This document shows, one piece after another, positions 17,415 to 26,326 of a stretch of DNA of 32,000 nt. The stretch is from assembly GCA_900234795.1 (NCBI GenBank), contig LT962688.1:5460001-5492000 (forward strand), in the 5' to 3' direction. Under the pieces are notes generated by a model, which searched no databases, was not told the DNA's origin, and saw only the letters and a program-made list of their open reading frames with translations. The translations under genes were made by a program, and so were the position numbers. This DNA comes from Methylorubrum extorquens (lineage in GTDB: Bacteria; Pseudomonadota; Alphaproteobacteria; Rhizobiales; Beijerinckiaceae). Each line of letters opens with the position of its first letter. The first letter of the stretch is position 1.

Positions 17415-17950
17415 CTAACAATGATTAAATAGTACGATCCTCAGACCACTTGGCGCGATGCTTTTTCCGCCATCAACCCTTTCGTTGCGCCAAGCACCAT
17501 CTGCTATCGAGCTAATGCTTCTACAATTTGCCCCCGGCAGGGTGCCAGCGGCGAGCCTGCGATAGTAGGTTCGGCGGGACAGGTTGAGCGCCTTCCACGG
17601 CTCCCGCTGCCCGGCCGATTGAGCCCGCGGCGTAGCCCCTTCCTCCCTCCGTTCACCAGCCTGTAAGCCGCATCCCGACGCTTCCGCTCGGCCTGTCGAT
17701 CTGCCTTCTTGAAATCGACCGCGCCGATTGTCCGCAGGCTGAGGACTGTGCGCTCGTCGTTGCGCATGTTCAGCAGCTCGGCCAGCGTGTCGGCTCTGAG
17801 CGGCGGCGGATCGTTACGGAATGCGGCCTCGATCGCGTCTGACACTTCGGGTCTCTGAGCTGCCCTGCGCTGAGCGCCCTGTCTGTCCTGGCAGACAAGG
17901 CAGGGAGAGGTCGGCAGGCCGTCACCGTCCTGGCAGACGTGGCGGGGCAC
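17415..17950 (-). pseudogene. hypothetical protein, apparently frameshifted, with a C-terminal HTH-like segment (mobile-element-type)
   Basis: Track ORF 17504..17950 has good GC3 down to ...DRQAERKRRDAAYRLVNGG. High-GC3 coding then continues in the -1 frame: REEGATPRAQSAGQREPWKALNLSRRTYYRRLAAGTL. That frame has no start codon of its own. The PW.ALN.SRRTYYRR pattern looks like small phage/plasmid DNA-binding proteins (from memory, not searched). Confidence 0.35.
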
Positions 17951-18295
17951 CTGCCGGCCTCGCGCACGTCACTGCAACGGATGTAGCTGGGCCAACGAGG
18001 CGAGGGGAGCACTGCTACGCGCCGTCAGGCTCGCTACCGATCATGGTGATGACGACCAAAGCGTGCCCGCAAGCCGCTGCGAGATCCACTCTGACTGAGA
18101 GTCATAGCGCTAGCCATGAGCATGCCTAGATCCTGCACAGCTTCGCCATCACCGAGCGCGTGTTTGACGACGATGAGCCGGTGAAGGCCAGCAAACTGCG
18201 CAGGAAAAAACTCGAACGCTACGTCTGCGGAGCAGGCCGCCCACTGACGGCTTCCTGAGCCTCGTTAGGCGCAGCGCGAAAGCCTTGCTTGTTAT

Positions 18296-18598
18296 CTAAG
18301 CAGCCTGCGAGGGCTTGGCCGTCCTGATCGCAGGAGCAGCGTCGACTGCACCACCTTGCTCAGCTAGGGCGCGGAGGGCGCCAACCATCGCGTCGGTCTG
18401 CTGATCGAAATCATGGTCGCTCTTCCACTCGGAGCCGCGATGCCATGCTAGGAAGAGAGCCGCGCAAAATCCGGTAACGCTTCCAACGAGCGGCCCAGCC
18501 ATAAGAGCCAGAAGCAGGCTGGTAGAAGCCGTGAAGGACATTGCTAGAAGGCCGGCCGGTATCGCCGCGAACATGATCAGGAACATCGACGCCCTCAC
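18296..18598 (-). CDS. small membrane protein (2 TM), hypothetical
   Basis: 100 aa with two hydrophobic helices (MFLIMFAAIPAGLLAMSF, LLLALMAGPLVGSVTGFCAALFLAW). Start is GTG 18598 or ATG 18586. No family recognised. Confidence 0.45.
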   Translation of the reverse strand: MRASMFLIMFAAIPAGLLAMSFTASTSLLLALMAGPLVGSVTGFCAALFLAWHRGSEWKSDHDFDQQTDAMVGALRALAEQGGAVDAAPAIRTAKPSQAA

Positions 18599-18844
18599 GG
18601 CCGCTGCGCCTCGGCTGTGCGGCTTGCGTTAAGAGTGACGGCAAGAGGAGTTAAGCGTTGGTTATCGCGGAGCTGATGATCCTTAGCGCGCAGCTTGGCT
18701 TGCCCTAGTTCCCCGGCCCCTGGCATGTCTGAGCCTAACTCCGGCCGCTTCCCTACGCCCCGGACCGCGCCGACCGGCGAGACGATCGACGCCATCCTGC
18801 CGTCAGGTCATTCCTGACGCAGGATCTGGAAAGGGAGGCTTTGC

Positions 18845-19132
18845 ATGGCACGCTTCATCCTGATCGAAAGAGCCACAGGTGGCGTCTATGTCGACATGGC
18901 TCGGTTCGGCGCGGCAGGTGATGTGGTTTCGCCTGCAGACGCGGTTTGTTTGGTCGATCGACATGCTGGCCGTTCCACACGCAGCTACGTCAATGCCGAC
19001 AGCGATGCTGCGCAGTACGACACCTACAAGATCCAGCAGGCTAGTTCCGATAGCGTGTCAGCAAGCGATGAGGCAGTGCAGAAGCTGGGTCGCGAGCGCA
19101 ACTACAGCGTGAGATCTCTTGTTGCTTACTAA
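18845..19132 (+). CDS. hypothetical protein (95 aa)
   Basis: ATG 18845 lies 7 nt after GGGAGG. No recognisable domain. Confidence 0.45.
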   Translation: MARFILIERATGGVYVDMARFGAAGDVVSPADAVCLVDRHAGRSTRSYVNADSDAAQYDTYKIQQASSDSVSASDEAVQKLGRERNYSVRSLVAY

Positions 19133-19399
19133 TAATAAATGCATGCTTCAATGGCTCACTATGATGCTGGAGCACGCGTGGACATGGGCTGAGATCCCGA
19201 GTTCGCGCCCATACGAGCACGCAACGCCATTCGAGGCGAGCAACCGTTGCTCGATGAAGCAACCGACTAGTCGTGGCAGGAAATTTTCCTGCCAAATTTG
19301 TGATTAGTTTGTGGCTGGCATGCCATATTGCACTGCACCATAGTGCCGTCACATTCCAAGGTATTTTGCCGCTCGATCAGTAATCACGAGAGAGCGGAA

Positions 19400-19768
19400 A
19401 TGATCTTGGGTGCTCGCCTTGCTGTCCTTGGCCTTGCTGCTGTAAGCTTCTCCACGATCTCTGGTGCCGAAGCTGCGCCGAAGGCGGCGGGGCAGTCCGG
19501 TGCCGCCTCATGGTACGGTCCGGGCTTTCACGGGCGCCTCACCGCGAACGGCGAACGCTTCAACACACATGCGCTAACCGCTGCCCACCGGACGCTGCCT
19601 TTCGGAGCGCAGGTTCGGGTGACCAACAAGAGCAACGGACGCTCCGTGGTGGTGCGCATCAACGACCGCGGCCCGTTTGTGGGCCACCGGGTGATCGACC
19701 TGTCCAAAGCCTCTGCCCGCGCCATTGGCGTTTCGGGAGTTGCAAAGGTCAGCCTCACGCGAGTGTGA
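19400..19768 (+). CDS. RlpA-like (septal ring lytic transglycosylase RlpA family, DPBB domain) protein
   Basis: Start trimmed to ATG 19400. The signal peptide is [25 protein letters not shown]. This is followed by [77 protein letters not shown], the canonical RlpA double-psi beta-barrel. Confidence 0.85.
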   Translation: MILGARLAVLGLAAVSFSTISGAEAAPKAAGQSGAASWYGPGFHGRLTANGERFNTHALTAAHRTLPFGAQVRVTNKSNGRSVVVRINDRGPFVGHRVIDLSKASARAIGVSGVAKVSLTRV

Positions 19769-19897
19769 GTGCCTTACTGCTAGCCGCAGCCAATCCCCTT
19801 TGCCCCGGCATGAAGAGCGCTTGTTCGGAACCCTTGCTGACGGGCTGTCGTTTGGCGCCCTGTAGTTCGCCTCATCGCGGGCCGCTCAGGAGGTGTC

Positions 19898-20665
19898 ATG
19901 CTGCCCCACGTACGCGCTGCCCGACCCGTAGTGGTTGCAATGATCGCAGGCGGTATTGTGGTCAGTTCCGCCGCACACGTGCGGGCTGCGGAAGAAGACG
20001 GCCTGGGCGGTCTGTTCCAGCAGCTCTTTTCACCTCAGCCTACACCAACTCCGCAGCCGATTACTCCCTCGGCTGACCAGTCGACTTCATCTGGGCAGGC
20101 GAACAGTGCCACCGGCTTTGCTAGGCGCACCTACGATCGGCGCGACGGCCGCCAGTCAGCTCGCCGCCAGCAGCTAAAGGAGGCGCATGCGCAGGTGAAG
20201 CCAAAGGTACGCTACGCATCCTTACCGAAGCTCGCGAAAGTGGCCGCGCCTTCGGACAAAGAGCAGCGCCCTACTGCTGCCCTGGACCTACGGAGGTATG
20301 CGGGTGATCCCGATGCCGCGTTCATGCATGACAGCACGCTACGCAAGGGGGACATCGTCATCACAACCTCCGGCCCGAAGGTGTTCAAGGGCAAGACAAG
20401 CGAGCGGCATGCAGCAACCGAGTTCGAGCCAGCGGGGCACTCATCCGCTGTTGATCGGAAGACGCGTAAGCTCCTGGCTGCAATGGTAACCCCATACGGT
20501 GCGCTTCCCGCCTATGAGGCGGATAAGCTTTTGGCAAAGCAGCGGCGCCTGTCAGATCCTTCTTCAGCCTCTGCCGGGCAGCAGGTTCAAACTGCTAACC
20601 TGCGGGTCGTGTACCCGTCAGGTCTGCAGGGGGCAGCAGTGAGAGTCAGCTTGCAGGGGGACTGA
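19898..20665 (+). CDS. secreted hypothetical protein (255 aa)
   Basis: ATG 19898 follows AGGAGG. Signal-like N-terminus (VVVAMIAGGIVVSSAAHVRA|AEE), a Pro/Thr/Ser-rich linker and a basic middle region. No family recognised. Confidence 0.55.
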   Translation: MLPHVRAARPVVVAMIAGGIVVSSAAHVRAAEEDGLGGLFQQLFSPQPTPTPQPITPSADQSTSSGQANSATGFARRTYDRRDGRQSARRQQLKEAHAQVKPKVRYASLPKLAKVAAPSDKEQRPTAALDLRRYAGDPDAAFMHDSTLRKGDIVITTSGPKVFKGKTSERHAATEFEPAGHSSAVDRKTRKLLAAMVTPYGALPAYEADKLLAKQRRLSDPSSASAGQQVQTANLRVVYPSGLQGAAVRVSLQGD

Positions 20666-20722
20666 TCCAAGCGGGTTTCTCGCAAACCACTGCGTAGGAG
20701 ACCGCCTGCACGATCAGACTAG

Positions 20723-21563
20723 GTCCTGTTGTCACTTGATCCAATCGAGCGTTGCGGCAAGGCAGAGAACGCCGGTGAAGCTGAGGGCGGTCTTCTCGTA
20801 TCGGGTTGCCACGGCCCGCCACTCCTTGAGGCGCGCCCAGAGCCGCTCGACGATGTTGCGGTTGTTGTAGACCCAACTCGGGCAGGCGACCGGGGCCTCG
20901 TTGCGTTTGGTCGGGATCGCGGGCCGGGCGCCCGCCTTCCAGATGTGGTCGCGGAAGCCGTGGCTGGAGTAGCCGCGGTCGCCCACCACCCACTTCGGCA
21001 CACCGGGCAATTGGTCGAGCAACGGGATGGCATGGGGCAGTTCGTGCGCCTGCCCCGGGGCGATGCGGAAGGCGACGGCGCGGCCCGCTCCGTCGGCGAT
21101 CACGCAGGCTTTGGTGCCATAGCCGCCACGTGAGCGGCCAAGCGCTTCACGATGGTCTCGCTCGGCCGCAGATCCCCCCTTTTTGCAGCGCCCGCCGCCT
21201 TCTGATGAGCCCGCACGTTGCTGCCGTCGAGGAAGACCATGCCCAGTGCGAGACCGCGCTCCTGCACGCGGTCGAGCAACCGCTCCCACACCCCGGCGCG
21301 CGCCCACCGGATGAAGATCTGAGCAGCGCGCCACCAAGGGCCCAATTCCTCGGGGATGGCCCGCCACTTGGCCCCGTTCTGATGCCGCCAGAGGATGGCC
21401 GAGATCGTGCGCCGAAGCTCCTGAGGCGGCGTCTTGGCCTTTGGGCGACAGGCCTCGATCAACGGCTCCAACTCATCCCACTGCGCGTCCGACAGCATCA
21501 CGCCTCCTCACTTGAAAACGAGAAAACGCCAGAGTTGGCAATCCGTTCAAGCGACAACAGGCC
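20723..21563 (-). mobile_element. IS5-family (IS427-group-like) insertion sequence, apparently intact
   Basis: Terminal IRs GGTCCTGTTGTCACTTGA (20723) and GGGCCTGTTGTCGCTTGA (reverse complement, ending 21563). CTAG lies immediately outside both ends (20719-20722 and 21564-21567), consistent with target duplication. Confidence 0.85.
20732..21501 (-). CDS. IS5 family transposase, two overlapping frames joined by a probable programmed -1 frameshift
   Basis: orfA (21100..21501): MLSDAQWDELEPLIEACRPK...ILWRHQNGAKWRAIPEELGPWWRAAQIFIRWARAGVWERLL. orfB (20732..21367) is in the -1 frame and carries the DDE part: ...GGYGTKACVIADGAG...VGDRGYSSHGFRDHIWKAGARPAIP...YNNRNIVERLWARLKEWRAVATRYEK. The overlap contains GCAAAAAGGGGGG (21171-21185 on the plus strand, C6T5). 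Confidence 0.85.
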
Positions 21564-22309
21564 CTAGCCCGCGGCCAAGAGGATCAAGGCGACCGCGGCC
21601 AAGCCGATGCTCGATGTTCCGATTGCCCACCCCCCGCAGCCTCCGGCGGTGGCCCTTCCCAGCCAACACGTCAGAAGCCTGAAGCTTGCGGCTGTTGTCA
21701 TTCGCGCCTTGGGATCGTGCGGGAGGAAGCAGGCATGCGAAGGCGGGATGGGAGTGGCCGGCCCGGCCGCGATCCGTCCCGAATGTGCGAGCTGTACACA
21801 TGCGCCTGCTCCCCATACCCAGCCAGGATAACGTGCTGTCGGCGCGGTCACGATGGAGAGCGTGGGCGGCCGGATGACACCGCGCTCGCTGTGTTCCAAG
21901 AGGCGGTCACCGCCCCAGGCAGACGGGACGGCCGCCTACCAGCCTCATGCATTTCGCTGCGTGTGAAGATCCCTGGGCCGACGAGGCGAGAGGCAGTGGG
22001 GGTAAGAACCCTCCCACCCCGCCGATATTCCCCGGCGCTTAGGCCGGGGCCGACGCGGTATCTGGAGCGCCACCACGAACGGTCAAGCTTGCCGTCGAAG
22101 ACACCTGCACGAGGCGTTAGCCTGCAGCTCGACTAAATCGCCCGGATTGACTCTGGACAGCCGGCGTCAAGACTGAAGCAGAAGTCATTGATGACGGCGT
22201 GCCAAATGGCACGTCGTTCCAGAAAGTTCAGGCTTAACTCAGCGCTACGCAACAAGTCACGGCCAGCCGCCATTCGACGGAGACCGCGCAAGCCTTACAG
22301 GGTTGTGCC

Positions 22310-22591
22310 ATGAACACTCGTATCAATGCTGCTATCGCCGCTTTTGTTCTGGGCGTCAGTGCGATATCTCCTCCTGCTTTTGCTCAGAGCTATTCAACGA
22401 TCCGAGGTGAAAAGCCGTCGAGCTTCTTCACGGATCGGCCGGCACCGAACGCCTTCGATGACCTCACGACCGGCTCCATCAGCACATATTTGAACCGCGG
22501 CATCGATCGCTCAGCCAAAGAGGGCAACGCGGAACTCAATGACCGCTATGTGCCCAACTACGGCATGACCTCTGGTGGCCCGAGGCGATAA
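22310..22591 (+). CDS. small secreted hypothetical protein (93 aa)
   Basis: The signal peptide is MNTRINAAIAAFVLGVSAISPPAFA|QS. Lower-GC codons and no recognised family. Confidence 0.5.
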   Translation: MNTRINAAIAAFVLGVSAISPPAFAQSYSTIRGEKPSSFFTDRPAPNAFDDLTTGSISTYLNRGIDRSAKEGNAELNDRYVPNYGMTSGGPRR

Positions 22592-22629
22592 TGATCTGCC
22601 CCCACCGGGTGGTCCAGGCATAGAGTTAG

Positions 22630-23165
22630 TGCACGGTTGGCCTGAAGGTCCCCCGGATCTTGGTCCGGCCGAAAGGTGAGCCTCCGGGTCTCATTCGGCG
22701 GGCTGCAGGGCCGCCGCCAGGGCGAATTCCTAGGGCGTTCGCCACCCCAGGGCGGTGTGAGGACGGCTCTCGTTGTAGTGCCGCCGCCACGTCTCGATCT
22801 TGCTCCTCGCGTCGGCCAACGACAAGAACCAGTTCGCGTTCAGGCACTCGTCGCGCAGGCGGCCGTTGAACGACTCGACCAGTGCGTTGTCGGTCGGCTT
22901 GCCAGGGCGCGAGAAGTCCAACGTGACACCGTTCTCGTAGGCCCAGCGGTCGAGGGCTTTCGAGACGAACTCAGGCCCGTTATCGACCTGAATCGCGCAC
23001 GGTGCTCCGCGCAGCAGCGCCAAGCGGCCGACGACAGCCACGACCTGTTCGCCTTTGATGCCCTGGTCGACCTCGATCGCCAGAGCCTCGCGCGTGAACG
23101 CATCGACGACCGTCAAGGCCCGCAGCCGGCGGCCGTCGAACAGTCTCGGGTCCATCCTCCAGTGG
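22630..23165 (-). mobile_element. 5'-truncated IS3-family element (3' part of orfB plus terminal IR only)
   Basis: Track ORF 22730..23155 translates as ...RLFDGRRLRALTVVDAFTREALAIEVDQ...IQVDNGPEFVSKALDRWAYENGVTLDFSRPGKPTDNALVESFNGRLRDECLNANWFLSLADARSKIETWRRHYNESRPHTALG, an rve integrase core. The element end TGCACGGTTGGCC... is at 22630. orfA and the N-terminus of orfB are absent. Confidence 0.8.
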
Positions 23166-23306
23166 CATATCTCCGCAGAAGGTGGTGAAGTCCCCCATAC
23201 ACTGCTGCTGGAGCGCCGCCTTATCGTCTGCCGACATCGGCGCAGCGAGAACGGAGTTGGCCATGGCAGACAGAAACAAGGTGGTCGTGACCAAACGTAC
23301 CGACAT
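23166..23306 (-). pseudogene. 5' fragment of a secreted cysteine-rich-repeat protein, truncated at the IS3 scar
   Basis: MSVRLVTTTLFLSAMANSVLA|APMSADDKAALQQQCMGDFTTFCGDMPLEDG is a signal peptide plus one C..D...FCGD repeat. The reading frame then runs into the IS3 orfB fragment. The junction is known only to about 10 nt. Confidence 0.4.
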
Positions 23307-23344
23307 CAGGATGACCTGACCCGCTGGCCTACCTCTCGCTCGTT

Positions 23345-23797
23345 TTGATCCTGCGGGTTTCCGGCAAGCGCACGCTCACGAAGCTCAACGCCTTCGACCT
23401 CACCGTCACCGTGGCGCTCGGCTCGACGCTCGCGACGACCCTGCTCAGCAAGTCGGTCGCCCTCGCGGAGGGCGTCATGGCGTTCGCCCTGCTCGTGTTC
23501 CTTCAGTTCGCCATCACCTGGCTCTCCGTCCGCTCCTCGACGGTAGGGCATTTGGTCAAGAGCGAGCCAACCCTGCTTCTGCATCGGGGGCGGTTCCTCG
23601 CCCGCGCGCTGACGGGTCAGCGCGTGACCGGCGAGGAGGTGCTCGCGGCCTTGAGGTCTCAAGGTGTCGTCTACGTGGCGTCAGTCGGTGCGGTCGTGCT
23701 GGAGACGCACGGCTCCCTGAGCGTCATGACTGGAAAAACCGACCCATCCGTCGAGAGTGGCACACTGCGCAACGTCTTTGGCGCCCCGCCCGGGTGA
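23345..23797 (+). CDS. DUF421 domain-containing protein, probably 5'-truncated
   Basis: ILRVSGKRTLTKLNAFDLTVTVALGSTLATTLLSKSVALAEGVMAFALLVFLQFAITWLSVR...EPTLLLHRGRFL...VTGEEVLAALRSQGV...AVVLETHGSLSVM. The only start is TTG 23345. The frame is open back to a TGA at 23312 (PDPLAYLSLVL), so the usual first TM helix and start are missing. Confidence 0.7.
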   Translation: MILRVSGKRTLTKLNAFDLTVTVALGSTLATTLLSKSVALAEGVMAFALLVFLQFAITWLSVRSSTVGHLVKSEPTLLLHRGRFLARALTGQRVTGEEVLAALRSQGVVYVASVGAVVLETHGSLSVMTGKTDPSVESGTLRNVFGAPPG

Positions 23798-24125
23798 TGC
23801 ATCGCACGACCCAACTGGGCTTGCATCAACGCGTCCTGACCATGTCACGCGGCCGATACAAGGCGCGGAGCAGGCGGTCTTTCGAACTTGCGGTCTTGGA
23901 AGGTGCCGTTACCGTCCGGCTCCTCGGCAGCGAAGGGCATCCCGCCACAAACCCGCAGCGAACGGTGACCTTGAAGACGGTGCAGGCGTAGATGTGTGGG
24001 GGCGCAGGGGGGCCGCTCCTCGTGAGCGTGACGGCAGCCAACTGCTTCACCGGGATGAGCAGGATTCAACTTAAGAAGACATCAGGCGGTGCGGCCAGGG
24101 TCCTGGGGCTTCGGCTGACGGCCTT

Positions 24126-25463
24126 GTGGCTCAGGCAATGCGGCGGGCATCGGCGATGAGGGCGCGCGTCAAGGCATGGGTCGAGTTCCTCGGCGACCAG
24201 TTCTGGCTTCGGCCGGCCCTGGTGGTACTCGGCTGCATCGGCCTTGCGCAGTTTGCCGTCTGGCTGGAGACGGCGCGCATCGCGGGCTACGACGCCTCCT
24301 CGCCCGACGCGGACTGGGGCTGGGCGGGAGGTGCCGAGGGTGCGCGGGCGCTGCTCAGCGCCGTTGCCTCCTCCACCATCGGGGTGGCGGGCACCACCTT
24401 CTCCATCACCATCGCAGCACTGTCGCTCGCCTCGAACCAGATGGGGCCCCGGCTCCTGCGCAACTTCGTGCGTGATGCCCGAAACCAGGTTGTGCTCGGG
24501 ATCTTTCTCGGCACCTTCGCCTACGCTCTCATGGTGCTGCGAACGGTCCGCACCGTCGAGGAGCAATCCTTCGTCCCCCACCTCGCCGTTTCGGGCGCCG
24601 TCGTCCTCGCTTTGGCCTGCCTGGGGACGCTGATCTGGTTCGTCCACCACATCGCGACGAGCATCAACGTCGAGACCGTGGTGGACGCCGTGCACCACGA
24701 CCTATGCGAGGCGGTCCGGCGGCGCACCCTCGATGCGGCGGACCTGCGGCGCCCCCTCGAAACACCGGAGGGTGCCGCTACCGCGGCCAAGGCGGAGGGC
24801 GGCTACCTGCAGGCCGTCGATGTCGGGAGCCTCGCGGATTGGGCGAGGGAGAACGGCGTCATGGTCTCGCTGCGCGCGCGGCCGGGCGATTACGTGCCGA
24901 CGGGCTTTCCGGTCGCGTTCCTTTCCGCTGGCGTCGAGGGTGCTACCGACGCAGTCTCCCGGGCGCTGACATTCGGGCGGCGCCCAGCAGCCCTGCAGGA
25001 CCTCGAATACTCCGTGCGGCAACTCGTGGAGATTGCGGTTCGGGCCCTCTCGCCCGGGATCAACGATCCGATGACTGCGGGAAGCGTGCTCGACCACTTG
25101 GGCGACGCCCTCTGCCGCATCGCGCCGCGTCACCTACCCACCGGTACGGTCGCGCGCGATGGCCGCGTCGTGCTCATCCAACCCGTAACCGACTACGCTG
25201 GGTTGTGCGACGCGATGTTCCTCCTCATCCGCCAGAACGCCTCCGGCTCGGTGCACGTCCTCGCACGCATGCTCGACGTGCTCGCCCGGGTCGCCGAGGT
25301 GGAGCGTCTGACCGACCGGCTCGCCGTGCTGCGCCGCCACGCCGACCTCGTCGCGGCCGCAGCGCAGCGAGACGTCTCCGATCCGCATGACTTGGCCGAT
25401 CTAGTGGAACGTCATGCCAGGTTCGTCAAAGCGCAAACCTTGGATGGTTTCGTCGTCCCTTAA
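24126..25463 (+). CDS. DUF2254 domain-containing membrane protein
   Basis: FWLRPALVVLGCIGLAQFAVWLE...GARALLSAVASSTIGVAGTTFSITIAALSLASNQMGPRLLRNFVRD..NQVVLGIFLGTFAYALMVL. This is the four-TM N-terminal region plus soluble C-terminal domain typical of DUF2254. The likely real start is ATG 24156 (MRARVKAWVEF). Confidence 0.85.
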   Translation: MAQAMRRASAMRARVKAWVEFLGDQFWLRPALVVLGCIGLAQFAVWLETARIAGYDASSPDADWGWAGGAEGARALLSAVASSTIGVAGTTFSITIAALSLASNQMGPRLLRNFVRDARNQVVLGIFLGTFAYALMVLRTVRTVEEQSFVPHLAVSGAVVLALACLGTLIWFVHHIATSINVETVVDAVHHDLCEAVRRRTLDAADLRRPLETPEGAATAAKAEGGYLQAVDVGSLADWARENGVMVSLRARPGDYVPTGFPVAFLSAGVEGATDAVSRALTFGRRPAALQDLEYSVRQLVEIAVRALSPGINDPMTAGSVLDHLGDALCRIAPRHLPTGTVARDGRVVLIQPVTDYAGLCDAMFLLIRQNASGSVHVLARMLDVLARVAEVERLTDRLAVLRRHADLVAAAAQRDVSDPHDLADLVERHARFVKAQTLDGFVVP

Positions 25464-25817
25464 TACACCTGCCAGCGTCGCTGCCCGTGTGACGCGCCGC
25501 ATCAGTCCTCTCAACGAATGCGGTAGGCCGTCTCGGCAAGGAATGCCGTTAGATGGCGAAGACAGAGTCGAGATGGTAAGTGCCGCGCCGAAGGCGCTGA
25601 TAACAAGCAGTTTTCAGGATAATAGAGGTGCGTTGCATCGTCTTTCAAAAAGTCCGAATGTGTTTCGCTCTTCTTTGGCACAGCAAACAGGACAAGCCCG
25701 ATACCGACAGCCAGGAGCAACGACCCTAGCAACAGGCTTATACGTCATCGACCCTGCTCAGAATAATGGACATCCCGGTAGGGGGCACATCTCCTTGTTC
25801 AAGAATCGGTCCGCCCC

Positions 25818-25967
25818 TCATGGCCGGTCAGTCCAGCCACGTGCAAGAGGAAGAACGGCACCCGCCACGAACCCGGAAATGAGCACGATGTACTGGGCGT
25901 GCCGATAGCCGGCCTGGCTTAGAAGGACCACCGCGCAGGCGGAGATCAGAAAGACCCCGAGCCCCAT
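25818..25967 (-). CDS. possible small 2-TM membrane protein (49 aa, below the ORF-track cutoff)
   Basis: My own translation: MGLGVFLISACAVVLLSQAGYRHAQYIVLISGFVAGAVLPLARGWTDRP. It has two hydrophobic helices and moderately high GC3, but a weak SD. Speculative. Confidence 0.25.
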   Translation of the reverse strand: MGLGVFLISACAVVLLSQAGYRHAQYIVLISGFVAGAVLPLARGWTDRP

Positions 25968-26326
25968 GGCCAAGGTTGAATGGCTCACCGCCAGCATCCC
26001 TTCGCGCTCGGATGGCCAGTGCAGGCTCCTGACAGCACGCCCGGCGATGTTCGGCCTGGGCCGGTTGCCCGGGCTGGGGGCTGGGGTGGCGTTCTTCTTC
26101 GTCTATCGCACCGATGCCGAGCGTCGCTGGGCGCCGGTCTCCCTCCCTTCAGAGGGGTCGAGTCGTCCCCGCGCGGTTGGCTCGCGGACGCACTGTCTCA
26201 TCAGATCAAGCGAGGCGCTGGCGCGGCGCTATCGTTGCCCGGACAAAGGGCCGGCACTGGGGCTGCCCCGATCACGCGGATTTGGCGGGGGCCGCCGCAG
26301 CACGTTCCCAGCAAGGAGACCGGCCC

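Noticed and set aside
21564-22300. ORFs 21564..21899 (minus) and 21717..22136 (plus) plus small hairpins (for example CCCCGG-cgcttagg-CCGGGG near 22040) in the 740-bp gap after IS5
   Set aside because: The translations are low-complexity and mutually overlapping with no SD or domain. The hairpins are short and lack U-tracts. I could not support a gene or ncRNA call, though the gap remains unexplained.
23797-24125. Small ORFs between DUF421 and DUF2254 (23794..23991, 23826..24050, 23845..24069)
   Set aside because: These are three mutually overlapping frames, none with an SD, a signal sequence or a recognisable motif.
25511-25732. 73-aa minus-strand ORF starting with a TM-like helix (LLGSLLLAVGIGLVLFAVPKKSETHSDFLKDD...)
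   Set aside because: It has a TTG start, no SD and low GC3, and the C-terminal half looks non-coding. It may be a remnant of a membrane protein, but the call is not supportable.
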